DNA of 64,000 nt, taken from the IMG/VR virus record IMGVR_UViG_3300029796_000300. One strand, 5' to 3'. This DNA comes from a virus. Within the stretch, counting starts at the first letter, position 1; each line of letters begins with the position of its first letter. The notes beneath the pieces are model-generated. The model saw only the letters and a list, made by a program, of their open reading frames with translations, did not search any database and had not been told where the DNA came from. This document shows positions 26,287 through 36,292 of this stretch, piece by piece. A program made the translations under genes and the position numbers.

Positions 26287-26967
26287 CTATGGAAGCTCCC
26301 AGTGAATTGGTGTGCTTCCCATCTGTTCCAACAATCTGTTAGTTTGAGAAAAAGGTCTGCTGCCGATGAATGCTTTTACTACATCGTTTCCTTTTCGTGC
26401 TCCAAGGGGGCTTGGATGACTTGAAAATACCACACCCTTATTAGGCAGTTGTGAAATTGGAATTCCGGCAAGAAAAGCTCTCGCCTGTCCGCCCCATGTG
26501 ATGAACACAATCGGCTGCGGCAGCTTCGCACACGCCGCGAATACCGCCTGCGTGAAGTTCTGCCACCCCCAGTTTTTATGGCTGTTTGCGGTCCCATCCT
26601 GTACTGTAAGTACGGTATTGAGCATGAGCACGCCTTGTTCCGCCCAGTGAGTCAGGTCTCCACTTTTCGGATACGGACAACCAATGTCACTGACCAGTTC
26701 CTTGAAGACGTTTTTGAGCGACGGTGGAAAAAGCACACCACGGTTTACTGAAAAGCACAGCCCGTTCGCCTGCCCCGCCTCGTGATATGGGTCTTGCCCG
26801 ACAAGGCATACCTTCACCTTCTCCGGCGTGGTAAGCTCCAACGCACGGAATATCTGCTCCTGCGGCGGGTATATTGTGCGACCCGCTTCGCGCTCACAGG
26901 CAGCCCGCTTGGCAAGCTCAGCTCCAAGCGCCTGTACATCCTGTGGGATTACATCGCTCCACATCAC
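26287..26967 (-). CDS. ung: uracil-DNA glycosylase (family 1 UNG)
   Basis: GQDPYHEAGQANGLCFSV and HPSPLGARKG motifs. Confidence 0.85.
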   Translation of the reverse strand: MMWSDVIPQDVQALGAELAKRAACEREAGRTIYPPQEQIFRALELTTPEKVKVCLVGQDPYHEAGQANGLCFSVNRGVLFPPSLKNVFKELVSDIGCPYPKSGDLTHWAEQGVLMLNTVLTVQDGTANSHKNWGWQNFTQAVFAACAKLPQPIVFITWGGQARAFLAGIPISQLPNKGVVFSSHPSPLGARKGNDVVKAFIGSRPFSQTNRLLEQMGSTPIHWELP

Positions 26968-27002
26968 TGGAAAATCACATCCTCCGTTTACTTTATGCTT
27001 AT

Positions 27003-27031
27003 ATTATACCACACATTAGCTTAAAAGTCAA
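27003..27031 (-). promoter_or_regulatory. type A promoter TTGACT-N17-TATAAT with TGTGG extended -10
   Basis: rc: TTGACTTTTAAGCTAATGTGTGGTATAAT. Confidence 0.6.
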
Positions 27032-27064
27032 TTTAATGCGTAGGGAAAACGGCCTTCGCGTGAT

Positions 27065-27604
27065 TCACGCGAAGTACCACTCCCCATTGCTGAATTCAAC
27101 GAACTCTTCCTCGGCGGCGAAATGCACCTCCAAAAAAAGCTCTCCTTCGCCATTATCTACGACCACCACATCGTAGTCGTCGTCTCCATAGTAGGAGATG
27201 ATATCGTGATGCTTATTCGCTTTCTCGTCGATGATGCACATATCGCGCGGCACCTTGTAGAGCAACGCTCCATCCTTCCGCCGCGTACAGCACGCGGCAT
27301 CGTAGAAAAGGAAAGTCTCTCTGTTGTCTTCGTCGGCGTTTTTGAATTCCCTAATACCGTTCTTTTCTTTCTCCGCAAGTTCGTTAAGCAAAGCTACGAC
27401 CTTCAGCGTTTTTACATTCAACATAGAGTTCCTCCTCAGTAATTCGTACAGCATCCCATAGAGATACTCCGGCGGGCTGCATTTCTCCTGCTCCCAGTTT
27501 CGGACTGTTCCCAGAGGAATTCCGGTGGTAAGGGCAAATTCACGCTGGGACAGCTTAAAATCCTGACGCTGCTTTCGGATGCGGTTCTGCTCGTGTTCAA
27601 TCAT
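27065..27604 (-). CDS. XRE-family HTH transcriptional regulator with C-terminal domain of unknown function
   Basis: LSQREFALTTGIPLGTVRNWEQEK HTH; AAGGGTGG RBS before second Met. Confidence 0.6.
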   Translation of the reverse strand: MIEHEQNRIRKQRQDFKLSQREFALTTGIPLGTVRNWEQEKCSPPEYLYGMLYELLRRNSMLNVKTLKVVALLNELAEKEKNGIREFKNADEDNRETFLFYDAACCTRRKDGALLYKVPRDMCIIDEKANKHHDIISYYGDDDYDVVVVDNGEGELFLEVHFAAEEEFVEFSNGEWYFA

Positions 27605-27777
27605 ACTTATTTCAACCACCCTTAATAATTCGTAGTGCGCAATCTAAGTATTTTTCAATATAGCACCGGCATTCTGGCTTGTCAAGCGCAATATCCAAAA
27701 TGTGTAAAAAATCACTCCCCCGTTGTCGAGGGAGTGATGTGTTCTGTTTGGAAGGGTCTGCCGCAGTCAGCTATGTA

Positions 27778-29271
27778 TTATTCAGCCTTGCCGTCCGCGT
27801 CATTCTTGGCAGGCGGTTCCTGCGGCTGTGTGGGAGCTGCCGTATTGTCCGGCTTGTCCATGACGATGACAGGAGAGGTCTGCTGGGCCGTGAGCTTGCC
27901 GCCGATGGCTCCGGCAATAAGAGACTTAATATCCAACCCCATTCCGGAAGAAAGGCCCTCTGTGACCTGTGTGGTGCCGTTGATGATGTCACCCAGCAGC
28001 TTCGCGCTGTTGCCTTCGCCGTACATCGTGATTTTATCCACCTTGCTGAGAGGTTCAGCGACATTCTTGGCGATTTCCGGCAAAGCGTTCATAATCATCT
28101 CAACGATGGCCGCGTCGCCGTATTTCTTCATAGCTTCTGCCTTCTTGTCGATACCTTCTGCTTCAGCAACGGCCTTGGCACGAATGACATTGGCTTCCGC
28201 CTCACCGACGGCAGCAATACCAGCAGCTTCCTGCTCGCGGGCGTACTTTACGGCGTCGGCTTCCGCTCTCTTTGCATCCGCCTCACGTTGGCGCTCGAAA
28301 AGCTGCGCCTCCGCGTCCTTCTGACGTCGGTAGAGGTCGGCATCCGCCTGTGCGCGGACCTCCGCATCCAGAGACTGCTTCTTAACTTCGACCTCTTTGT
28401 TTTTCAGCTCCGCTTCGCGTTCCGCCTTGGCGATTTGCGCATTGACGGTAGCCGTCTCAATGGAGCGCTGCTGTTCCTGCTGCTGGATGGTATACGCGGC
28501 ATCGGCCTCGGCCTTCTTCGTATCCTCCTGAACCTTGAGTTCAGCTTTGCGGATGGAGAGGTCATTCAGCTTCTGAGCGATTTGCATTTCGGACTCGACT
28601 TTGGCATCGTTAGACGCCTTGGCCGCCTGCGCCTGAGCGATAGCCACGTCACGCTCCGCCTCAGCTTTGGCGATGGCAGCATCCTTCTGGATTTTGCTCA
28701 TATTGTCCTGACCGAGGGAGTTGATTAAGCTGTTTTCGTCCGTGACACGCTGGATATTGCAGGAGATGATTTCGATACCGAGCGCACTCATATCTGTCTG
28801 TGCTTTTGACTGTACCTCGTCACCGAATTTCTTTCGGTCATTGCAGATTTCCTTGAGAGAGATGGTGCCGATGATTTCGCGCATATTGCCCTGGAGAGAA
28901 TCCGCGATGGCGCAGCTGAAATCCGCTTCTCGCATATTCAGAAAGTTCTTCATGGCGAGCTGGATGCCTTCCGGGTCCGTCTTGACTCTGACCTTGGCAA
29001 CCGCGTCCACATCGACGCCGATGAAGTCGTTGGTCGGGATATAGCCTTCCGACTTGATGTCGATGGAGATTTGCCGGACAATGAGCTTATCTACACGCTC
29101 CAGAAACGGAATTCGGATACCCGCTCGCCCAATCAGAACGCGGGGCCTTTTTCGTATACCGGAAATGATGTAGGCCACATCGGGCGGAGCCTTTACATAG
29201 CCAAGAAGAAAGATAATCACCACAAGGGCCACTACTGCAATTACAGGCAGCAGCTTCACGAGATTTTCCAT
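27778..29271 (-). CDS. flotillin / SPFH (band 7) family membrane protein (FloT/YqiK-like) with Ala/Glu/Lys-rich coiled region
   Basis: N-terminal TM, SPFH core, long AEAERDVAIAQAQA... repeats. Confidence 0.8.
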   Translation of the reverse strand: MENLVKLLPVIAVVALVVIIFLLGYVKAPPDVAYIISGIRKRPRVLIGRAGIRIPFLERVDKLIVRQISIDIKSEGYIPTNDFIGVDVDAVAKVRVKTDPEGIQLAMKNFLNMREADFSCAIADSLQGNMREIIGTISLKEICNDRKKFGDEVQSKAQTDMSALGIEIISCNIQRVTDENSLINSLGQDNMSKIQKDAAIAKAEAERDVAIAQAQAAKASNDAKVESEMQIAQKLNDLSIRKAELKVQEDTKKAEADAAYTIQQQEQQRSIETATVNAQIAKAEREAELKNKEVEVKKQSLDAEVRAQADADLYRRQKDAEAQLFERQREADAKRAEADAVKYAREQEAAGIAAVGEAEANVIRAKAVAEAEGIDKKAEAMKKYGDAAIVEMIMNALPEIAKNVAEPLSKVDKITMYGEGNSAKLLGDIINGTTQVTEGLSSGMGLDIKSLIAGAIGGKLTAQQTSPVIVMDKPDNTAAPTQPQEPPAKNDADGKAE

Positions 29272-29304
29272 TATTTATTACCTCCAGTTTTATTTTGTAA
29301 ATAT

Positions 29305-29333
29305 ATTATACCACATAACACCTCACGAGTCAA
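29305..29333 (-). promoter_or_regulatory. type A promoter TTGACT-N17-TATAAT with TGTGG
   Basis: rc: TTGACTCGTGAGGTGTTATGTGGTATAAT. Confidence 0.55.
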
Positions 29334-29426
29334 TTTAGCGTAGAGGCAGACAGGTGAGACGCTGAACACGTCCCACCTGTCTGCCCAAACTATATAACTT
29401 CAATCATGTGCGGCCTTTTGCACGTC

Positions 29427-29831
29427 TCACTCAATAGAGTCTTCCGGCTCTAAGGCTGCTCCGCAATGCACACAACGGTTCGACATGGTAGCGCAGTATC
29501 CACAGAGGACATCAGCCGGAGTATCAGCGCAGGTGATATGCCTGCCGCAGACCTGACAAAAGCCGTCTGAGAAAGCGTGGAGAACGATGCGGTTTTTACA
29601 CTTGCGGCATTCCTGCGGACCGGCAAAGCGCTGGACCCGTCCGACTTGCCCATCCTCCAGCATGACCTTAATACCGCGTGGATGTGTTGGACTGTTGGTG
29701 AGAATCCGCTTCACGACGCCGCGTGTGAGTTTACCTGTCGGCTGGTCTGCTTTGAGTACGATATCTACTGGCATACCTGGGTGAATGGACGCCCGTTTGG
29801 TACAGGTTGGTTCAGGGATTTTATTTGTCAT
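29427..29831 (-). CDS. YwbE-like (DUF2196) domain fused to C-terminal Cys-rich zinc-ribbon
   Basis: PGMPVDIVLKADQPTGKLTRGVVKRILTNSPTHPRGIKVMLEDGQVGRVQ matches B. subtilis YwbE pattern; then CRKC...CQVCG...CGYC...CVHCG. Confidence 0.5.
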   Translation of the reverse strand: MTNKIPEPTCTKRASIHPGMPVDIVLKADQPTGKLTRGVVKRILTNSPTHPRGIKVMLEDGQVGRVQRFAGPQECRKCKNRIVLHAFSDGFCQVCGRHITCADTPADVLCGYCATMSNRCVHCGAALEPEDSIE

Positions 29832-29895
29832 CGAATTGTCGCTGCGGATACCCCTTGCTTTAGCTATGGGGAGGAGCAGCGTCCCTCCTCTCGTA

Positions 29896-31188
29896 CTATG
29901 CAACCAAATAACTTTGGCTGCGTTCCAATAGTTTTAAGTGTTTGTAGCTCACGCCGTCTTTGACCTTTTCTCCGTTGAGCTGCCGCAGCAGGAAGGAGCC
30001 GCTGGTGCGTCTCCCCCAGACAAAGCACTCGATACCGTTGTAGAGCACCTTGTCGTAGAGGCGGAAGCCGCAGATGTACTTCTCTGCCTGATTGGCCTTC
30101 CGCACACCGCCCTTCAGGATGGTCGCCTTGTGCAGCTGACGGTTGTGATGTCTCACAGGGCAGATGGTGTAAAGTTGGTCCGCCTGACGGATATTTGGCA
30201 GGTATTCTGCGCGAAAGCCCTGCGGGCCGTGCGCGATTGCCAGCGCGTCGTTGGTATGGCTCTTCGGCAGCACCAGCAGATTCTCCCGCGTAGCCTTGGT
30301 GATGTAGCCCCTGGTCTCCACAACGGGGACAGGAAGCTGCTCCCGCAGCCTCCGCAGCAGCGTCATGCGCATGATGCCCATGAAGGTTGCGTCGCGGGTG
30401 GAGCGGCGCTTGCGCTTCTTGATGTCCGCTGCCATGATAATGCCCTTGTGGAGCTTATCGTGACAGGCGGTACAGAGCGTTACCAGATTGTCCGGAGCGT
30501 CACCGCCTACCCTGCGGCTCTCAAGATGATGCACATGGAGCGGGACGCCCTTCCTGACGGAGCCATGCACCCCGCAGATGCGGCAGGTATAGCTGTCGCG
30601 CCACAGGACGTACTGGCGCACGTTGTAGTGGCCGTACATCTCGCCCTTCTGGTAGTCCTCGCCCTGCGGAACAGGCTTCCCTTCCGCAACGGCCTTGAGG
30701 AGCTGCAAGTCGAACTCGGCGGTCTCTACAACCACCTTGCTGACAGGCAGGATGGCGCAGGCACGCCGGATGGCGGTCATGTGCTCCTGAATCTTGACCT
30801 CCACGGAGGGCGCAAGCCAGCCTTTGTGCTTGCTCCGCACGCGATTGTCGAAGCGTGGCTTGCGATACCGGGTGGTACGATTGCGCCGCGCACGGCGGAA
30901 TTGCCTGCGTGCGGACATCAGCTCGACTACATCGTTGCGCGGCTTGACCTCTGCGGAGAACAGTTCCTCCGTTTCGGTGGCAGCTGAAAGACCAATGGTT
31001 TTGCTGCCGGCGTCCACACCGAGGATGACCTCCTGCGTATAGCCGGTACTGCCGTAGAGCAGCTGAATGGTAAATGGTGTTCTGTGTCTCACTTTTGCCT
31101 TGCCCGCATCCAGAAGATGACGGGCCTTCGCCGGTGTGCAGGGCATCAGCGGACGCCCGTGCCGATTGAGAACATAGACCTTTGGCAT
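29896..31188 (-). CDS. iscB: IscB (OMEGA RNA-guided nuclease; PLMP, RuvC-I/II/III, bridge helix, HNH all intact)
   Basis: RPLMPCTP; ILGVDAGSKTIG; RRARRNRTTRYRKPRFDNR; VVVETAEFD; CRICG...HVHH...DNLVTLCTACHDKLH; HTNDALAIA. Confidence 0.85.
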   Translation of the reverse strand: MPKVYVLNRHGRPLMPCTPAKARHLLDAGKAKVRHRTPFTIQLLYGSTGYTQEVILGVDAGSKTIGLSAATETEELFSAEVKPRNDVVELMSARRQFRRARRNRTTRYRKPRFDNRVRSKHKGWLAPSVEVKIQEHMTAIRRACAILPVSKVVVETAEFDLQLLKAVAEGKPVPQGEDYQKGEMYGHYNVRQYVLWRDSYTCRICGVHGSVRKGVPLHVHHLESRRVGGDAPDNLVTLCTACHDKLHKGIIMAADIKKRKRRSTRDATFMGIMRMTLLRRLREQLPVPVVETRGYITKATRENLLVLPKSHTNDALAIAHGPQGFRAEYLPNIRQADQLYTICPVRHHNRQLHKATILKGGVRKANQAEKYICGFRLYDKVLYNGIECFVWGRRTSGSFLLRQLNGEKVKDGVSYKHLKLLERSQSYLVA

Positions 31189-31470
31189 ACGTTGATGCCT
31201 CCTTTCTTTGGGTGCGGCTAAAAATTAAGCCGCTCAGCCTTTCGGCTGTCAGGTATCCGTACCCAATGTTATCCCAGGGTTTTGTGTATGCAGCACTGCT
31301 CCTTACCCTCAGAGCTGTTTAACCACACACCGCAGAGTGGCAGATTCGGATTCACGTCCGCCGGTGCCTATCTATTCCTGGGTAACGTAGTGTTCGAAAC
31401 ACTTAGGGTAGTCAATCAGGCTCGTGGTTCGCACCACAAGCCCCCGGCTTTAGCCGTGGGGTTACATTGA
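31189..31470 (-). ncRNA. putative IscB omega-RNA immediately upstream of iscB
   Basis: Non-coding structured region homologous to 17400-17560 core; terminal hairpin CCCCCGGCTTTAGCCGTGGGG. Confidence 0.5.
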
Positions 31471-33200
31471 CTTTGAGGGACCCCTCTCACTTTGGCCTTT
31501 TCGATTTTTCCAATCACTTCTGTTACCTTCTGTGCAGTCAGAGGGCTGGCGGTGGATTTATCCAGTGCGTCCAGCAGTTCCGGCAGCTCGCCGAGTTTTA
31601 CGACCGGGATTTCGCTGTTGTCCGCATCCTGCAATTTTACATTTGGGTTGGCAAGGCAGATGATGCCGCATACCGGAACATCCTCACCAACGATTTTCGA
31701 CAGTAAGGCAGCGTGACGCTTAACTTGGAAAGCTGGGCTTTCCGTTGTGGTGAAATGCCCTGCATTTCGCATATCCCGGTCCCAATAGTTCGTGTCATCG
31801 ACGCGGATGGTTCCAACGTAGTTTTTTGTCTCAATATGAATGACGCCGGCAGGTCCTACGAGGAGGTGGTCGATTTCCTGTGGCTCTTTCATATAGTCCC
31901 ACGCGGCGATACGGATACATCCTCCGCTGTACTTGCTCACGCAGTCTGCCGCGATGCTGCGGTATGCGCTGTGCTCTGCAAGCCACCACTTGAGTTTGTA
32001 ATTCACTTCCCTCTCACCGGCTTCGCCCAGTTCTCGTGCTTTGCGCTCCCGCTCCTCCTGCTCTTGCTCCACACGAGCGGCTTCCGCCGCCGCGCTGGCG
32101 ATTTGATTGCGGTAGTTCGAGCACACGCTTTCCGCGAGACCAGTCACGCCTTCCAGTATCAGATTAAGCTGACTATTGAGTTGAAAATGTTTGGCCGCTA
32201 TTTCGCTGCGCAAGTGCAAGATGTTTTTCGATTTTTCGAGAAGCACACACTCACCGAGCGTAAGGTCGGAGTAAGCGTCGCAGAAGGCATCTGGGATATT
32301 GAGCCTGCACTTCTCCATTATCCAGCTTTTTACTTCCGCTCTCTTCTGTGCTCTGACACAGCAATACTCCGGATGCGTCCGCTCCAACGTGTCGATGTAC
32401 TGTCGCGCATGGGCGATGATGCCGCTTCGCTCCGCAGCAATCGCTGCTTCCTCGGCCTGCTTCGCCTCCGCTTCCCGGCATCTGGCCTCTTCCTGCCTGC
32501 GTTGCCGCTCCTCACGGATATGCTGCGCGGTCTTCCCGCTTACGCCAGGTTTGAACTCGTACATCTTTCCGGTCGCAAACAGGGCTTTCAGCAGGACGGA
32601 GACATAATAGGCGCTGTACGGAATCAGCAGGACAATGCCAAGGTAGCAGAACACATAGGATACGACGCCGAGAGCCTTCCACAACGAGACGACCAGGACG
32701 AAGGCCGCAACGTAGGCGGCCAGATAGATAAGGCATTTTGTCCTCTGATTTTTGTCGCGAGTCATGGTCAAGAATTTGCTCTGCTCCACATAATCCGCAT
32801 ACTGTTCATCCGATACGACTTTCTGCCACTCGTCCGCCATGCTGCGGTTTGCAAAGAAGAAGGTTCGGAGCATTAACAACAAACCGATAACCGCCAGCAA
32901 AATGAAGGCCACAATGCAGACACAAAGGAGTGCGAGCACAGCGCTAATCACCTTGAGGATACCGTGACCGAGCAGTTCGGCGAGCCATCCGCACAGCTGG
33001 GTCGCCAGAATTCCGCCCATGCCGATGCAGAAGGTCTTAGTGAGCAGTGCAGCTTCCTTTTTCAGTGTTGCCTTGACTGTACTGTAGTATGTTTCCGCAG
33101 ACCTTATCCCCTCGTTGTTCTCCACAATTTCCCGTGCGGCATCCATGTACTTATGAAGCCGGTCAACAAACCAATCTTTGATGGAATCCAACATAAGCAA
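31416..33200 (-). CDS. membrane-anchored NERD (nuclease-related) domain protein
   Basis: N-terminal TM helices; C-terminal ...NYKLKWWL...DHLLVGPAGVIHIETKNYVG NERD pattern; 3' end overlaps omega-RNA region. Confidence 0.65.
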   Translation of the reverse strand: MLMLDSIKDWFVDRLHKYMDAAREIVENNEGIRSAETYYSTVKATLKKEAALLTKTFCIGMGGILATQLCGWLAELLGHGILKVISAVLALLCVCIVAFILLAVIGLLLMLRTFFFANRSMADEWQKVVSDEQYADYVEQSKFLTMTRDKNQRTKCLIYLAAYVAAFVLVVSLWKALGVVSYVFCYLGIVLLIPYSAYYVSVLLKALFATGKMYEFKPGVSGKTAQHIREERQRRQEEARCREAEAKQAEEAAIAAERSGIIAHARQYIDTLERTHPEYCCVRAQKRAEVKSWIMEKCRLNIPDAFCDAYSDLTLGECVLLEKSKNILHLRSEIAAKHFQLNSQLNLILEGVTGLAESVCSNYRNQIASAAAEAARVEQEQEERERKARELGEAGEREVNYKLKWWLAEHSAYRSIAADCVSKYSGGCIRIAAWDYMKEPQEIDHLLVGPAGVIHIETKNYVGTIRVDDTNYWDRDMRNAGHFTTTESPAFQVKRHAALLSKIVGEDVPVCGIICLANPNVKLQDADNSEIPVVKLGELPELLDALDKSTASPLTAQKVTEVIGKIEKAKVRGVPQSQCNPTAKAGGLWCEPRA

Positions 33201-33204
33201 TCAC

Positions 33205-33240
33205 CCCCCAAAAAGCTATGTCTTCATTCTACCGTATATC
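33205..33240 (-). promoter_or_regulatory. sigma-A-like promoter TTGTCA-N17-TAGAAT upstream of NERD gene
   Basis: rc: TTGTCAGAAACCGAGATATACGGTAGAAT. Confidence 0.4.
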
Positions 33241-33287
33241 TCGGTTTCTGACAAGCTGACTTTTTGGCTTCGCAGCTTCGCATTCGC

Positions 33288-33773
33288 TCAGCAGAATTCG
33301 GGAACGAGGACACGGACATCTTCCAGATTTTTATTGAACATTTTTGCGACCATTTCACCTTGGCCGCTGAACAGCACCTTGGAAATTGCGTACTTTGCGT
33401 ATTTGCCACCCCATGCGTGGGAGAACGGATAGGTATAGCAGATTTCAGATTTTCCTTCGTCTTCCTCAAAACCGTCCCACACCACATTCGTTTCCAGCAT
33501 AACAACGGGCAGGTTCGTTTCGACTTCTTTGATGACCTCCGGGATACTACCCCACAGAACAATCCACTTATAGAGCATATTGGAGTTCATAGGGCTGTCA
33601 TCGTTCTCATAGATGTGTGCATCCATTACTTCCCCATGTCCACTATTCGGGTTTGCCTTCAGGTAGCGGAGTGATTTCAGTCTTACGCTCGTACACACTC
33701 CGTTCTCGCCGGTCACATCGAACTCGGCTTCCCTGACATCGCTTTTGATTCGTACTAAATATTTCTGTTCCAT
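33288..33773 (-). CDS. hypothetical protein
   Basis: 161-aa ORF. Confidence 0.55.
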   Translation of the reverse strand: MEQKYLVRIKSDVREAEFDVTGENGVCTSVRLKSLRYLKANPNSGHGEVMDAHIYENDDSPMNSNMLYKWIVLWGSIPEVIKEVETNLPVVMLETNVVWDGFEEDEGKSEICYTYPFSHAWGGKYAKYAISKVLFSGQGEMVAKMFNKNLEDVRVLVPEFC

Positions 33774-33793
33774 GCTGTATCCTCCTCATGCAG

Positions 33794-35182
33794 TTAAGAG
33801 ACTGTCATGTATTTGACATCCTGCTCCATTGCTTCATAGTACGGTATCTGCCATTCTTCGCACAGAATTCCATACTCTACCTGCGTCTTTTCCGAGACTG
33901 CTTTCAATGTATCGACTCGCCGGATATCCATAATGGTTCCCACGGATATCAACAAGCCGTCTTTGGTCTTGAGCGGAAATAGCTTCGCACTCACATCGGT
34001 GTTCTTCGTATAGATGCCGCTCTCGACCGCCGCCTCTATAATGTCCATTTCCTCCGCATCGACGTCAGTCTCTGCCAGCGTCCGCATCTGTGCAACGCCC
34101 TTTCTATCCAGCGTCAGCACATAAAGGTGGTCTAAGCCCTTTCCGAGATACTCTTTCCGCTTTCGCCTTTTCAACTTATCGCTGTAAATGTCGGCCAGGT
34201 CTTTTGCGTTCTTTACAATGAGTATTCCGTTGTTTTGCTGAGAGATGGTTCCGGCTCTGTTCGCGTTTCTGGAAAAGCCGTTTTTCAGTGTGATTTCCTT
34301 GGATACAATGTGCTCGTGCCAATCCATGCCGTTCGCGTTTGCGAGATAGACAATGTAGCTATGAAAACAGCCGATTAAAAGACCGCTGAGCCTGCACATC
34401 ATAAGCCCGCGTGCTGCCTGCTTCTTCCGCTCCTCGGACAGCGTTGACAGCTCGACCCGTTTAACTTCATCGGACGAATAGAATATGGGGCCATCTTTCT
34501 TTTCCCCTCTGTTCCGAATCGTTATATTTCCGTTAGTTGCTTCCATTATCATCTTCATCAATGGCGTTCCGTCATCTGCTGCGCAGGTCACGACTTCGTA
34601 CTCGGCTTCGCATTCATCCTCCTCGTAATCGTCCTCGTCGTTGTCCGCACCATCTTCCCCAAGAATGCTCTCAATGTCGTCGAGCCACCAGCGGTCGGAT
34701 TGCTCGTCGGTGTTCATCTTCTGTTTGGAGGCTAAAACACTCTTCTCCATTTCCTCCTCGCTCCTGACTATAAACATCATCTTTCCGCTGATGCCAGCTT
34801 CCACCGCCATCTGCATTGATACTGTTGACCGAAGGAACCGTTCCGCGTAATTCGTTGAAAAGCGCGTGCCTTTGATTTGCACTCTTTCGGAGTCCTCGAC
34901 GCTGAGATTGGAAAGCCATTGGATTTTATGTGAGCATTTCTGCTTGAGGTATTCAATGCCGATTGATGTTATAGTGAGATACGTCAGTTGATGTTTGCGA
35001 GATACGCCTTTGATGTTGTATGTCATTCGCCCATCACTGATGGTTCGTTCTTCCAACCCGCGTTCAACAGCACGATAGATGGCATCTTTTGAAAAGTTGA
35101 GCAAGAGAAGGGATTTCTTGGTCGCATAATTGAACACAAGCAGTTGGTATAGGATGCTTTCATAGCAGGTCAATCGCTCCAT
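33794..35182 (-). CDS. hypothetical protein (462 aa) at upstream edge of conjugation block
   Basis: Long ORF; acidic central stretch; no recognised motif. Confidence 0.6.
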   Translation of the reverse strand: MERLTCYESILYQLLVFNYATKKSLLLLNFSKDAIYRAVERGLEERTISDGRMTYNIKGVSRKHQLTYLTITSIGIEYLKQKCSHKIQWLSNLSVEDSERVQIKGTRFSTNYAERFLRSTVSMQMAVEAGISGKMMFIVRSEEEMEKSVLASKQKMNTDEQSDRWWLDDIESILGEDGADNDEDDYEEDECEAEYEVVTCAADDGTPLMKMIMEATNGNITIRNRGEKKDGPIFYSSDEVKRVELSTLSEERKKQAARGLMMCRLSGLLIGCFHSYIVYLANANGMDWHEHIVSKEITLKNGFSRNANRAGTISQQNNGILIVKNAKDLADIYSDKLKRRKRKEYLGKGLDHLYVLTLDRKGVAQMRTLAETDVDAEEMDIIEAAVESGIYTKNTDVSAKLFPLKTKDGLLISVGTIMDIRRVDTLKAVSEKTQVEYGILCEEWQIPYYEAMEQDVKYMTVS

Positions 35183-35473
35183 CTTTGAGACCTCCTCTCT
35201 TTCATTCTTTTACAGGCTCTTTTACCGAGCCGCTCAGCGGCTGTTATCGACCTCTGCCTATGCGGAAATAAGCGCCTGATTTCTCTGACAGTTACCAAGA
35301 TGGCAGCAGATGGCTTAAAAGTCCAAAAAATGATTGCTTTCTCCGCTGACTCCTGAGCATGACGGAAAATTCCGCTGACCGTGCTTTGGAGCCTTTGCAA
35401 AATCACGGTTTTTACGGCTTTTTTGTATACAAATAAACCGTTTTTGCGAATGTCGATTTTTTTGTATGCTTTT

Positions 35474-36292
35474 TCAGCCTTTTTTCGCCGGTGAATCAGC
35501 AAAATTCTGATGGAAAATTTGAATGATTTCGTGCGGATTTGCGGACGAAAATTTGTCCGGACAGACGCAAATGTAGGTTCCTCGTGGAACATCATCGGAG
35601 CGAAAACCCGTCATGTGAAAGCTGGTTTTTTCTGCGGAGTCATCGCAAAAAGTATGCAGGCAAATGGTGTCTGTGATTGCTTTTGTGTCGAAATTATCGC
35701 AGTCAACAACGATATTTTCCGAGCAAGGAAACACAAAAATATAGTTGATGCTTTGACTTGGGAACGGGGGAATTTCGTTGTCAAGAAGCATCAGGCTCTC
35801 GTGCAAAGACTGCGTAAAAAAGGAGAAGAACCGCTTCAAAGCAGAGGCCTTTTCGATATGTGTAAGTGCGTAACTTCGGCTCCAAATGACAGGCAACATC
35901 GGCAACTTTATTAGCAGCTTTCCCTCCGAGAGGAAAGTGCGGATTCCCTCGATTTCAGCGCCAAATGCAAGATAGTTTTCCCTCTGAACAGCTGCTTGCG
36001 AAAGAAGTCCGCCTGCGGTATTCGGTGCGATGATTGCTTGATACAGCGAGTGTGTGTGGACGAGTCCTGAAACGTAGAAGGACTTCACAATTTTCTGTGC
36101 GTCGATTTGATTTGCTTCGCGTTCAAGAAAGCCGTGGTCGTGCTCCACTTTTTCAGACAGCTTCAACACACTTCCTGCAAGGTTATTCAGCGCATTTGCT
36201 TCCCCTGCAACTTCCTCTGCCACGGACTTTGCCTCGTCGATTTGCATGAGCGTCAACACGAATTCTTCATCCGGCAAAGTTGAATTCACCAT
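35474..36292 (-). CDS. hypothetical protein
   Basis: 272-aa ORF. Confidence 0.55.
   Translation of the reverse strand: MVNSTLPDEEFVLTLMQIDEAKSVAEEVAGEANALNNLAGSVLKLSEKVEHDHGFLEREANQIDAQKIVKSFYVSGLVHTHSLYQAIIAPNTAGGLLSQAAVQRENYLAFGAEIEGIRTFLSEGKLLIKLPMLPVIWSRSYALTHIEKASALKRFFSFFTQSLHESLMLLDNEIPPFPSQSINYIFVFPCSENIVVDCDNFDTKAITDTICLHTFCDDSAEKTSFHMTGFRSDDVPRGTYICVCPDKFSSANPHEIIQIFHQNFADSPAKKG

Larger units (their letters stand above)
29880..31480 (-). mobile_element. IscB-encoding IS200/IS605-like element (omega-RNA + iscB); boundaries approximate
   Basis: Gene content and flanking structured ends. Confidence 0.45.

Noticed and set aside
35170-35595. 141-aa minus-strand ORF in the 35190-35470 intergenic region
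   Set aside because: Basic, low-complexity translation with no RBS. The region is better interpreted as non-coding (promoter or origin-like) upstream of the 33794-35182 gene.
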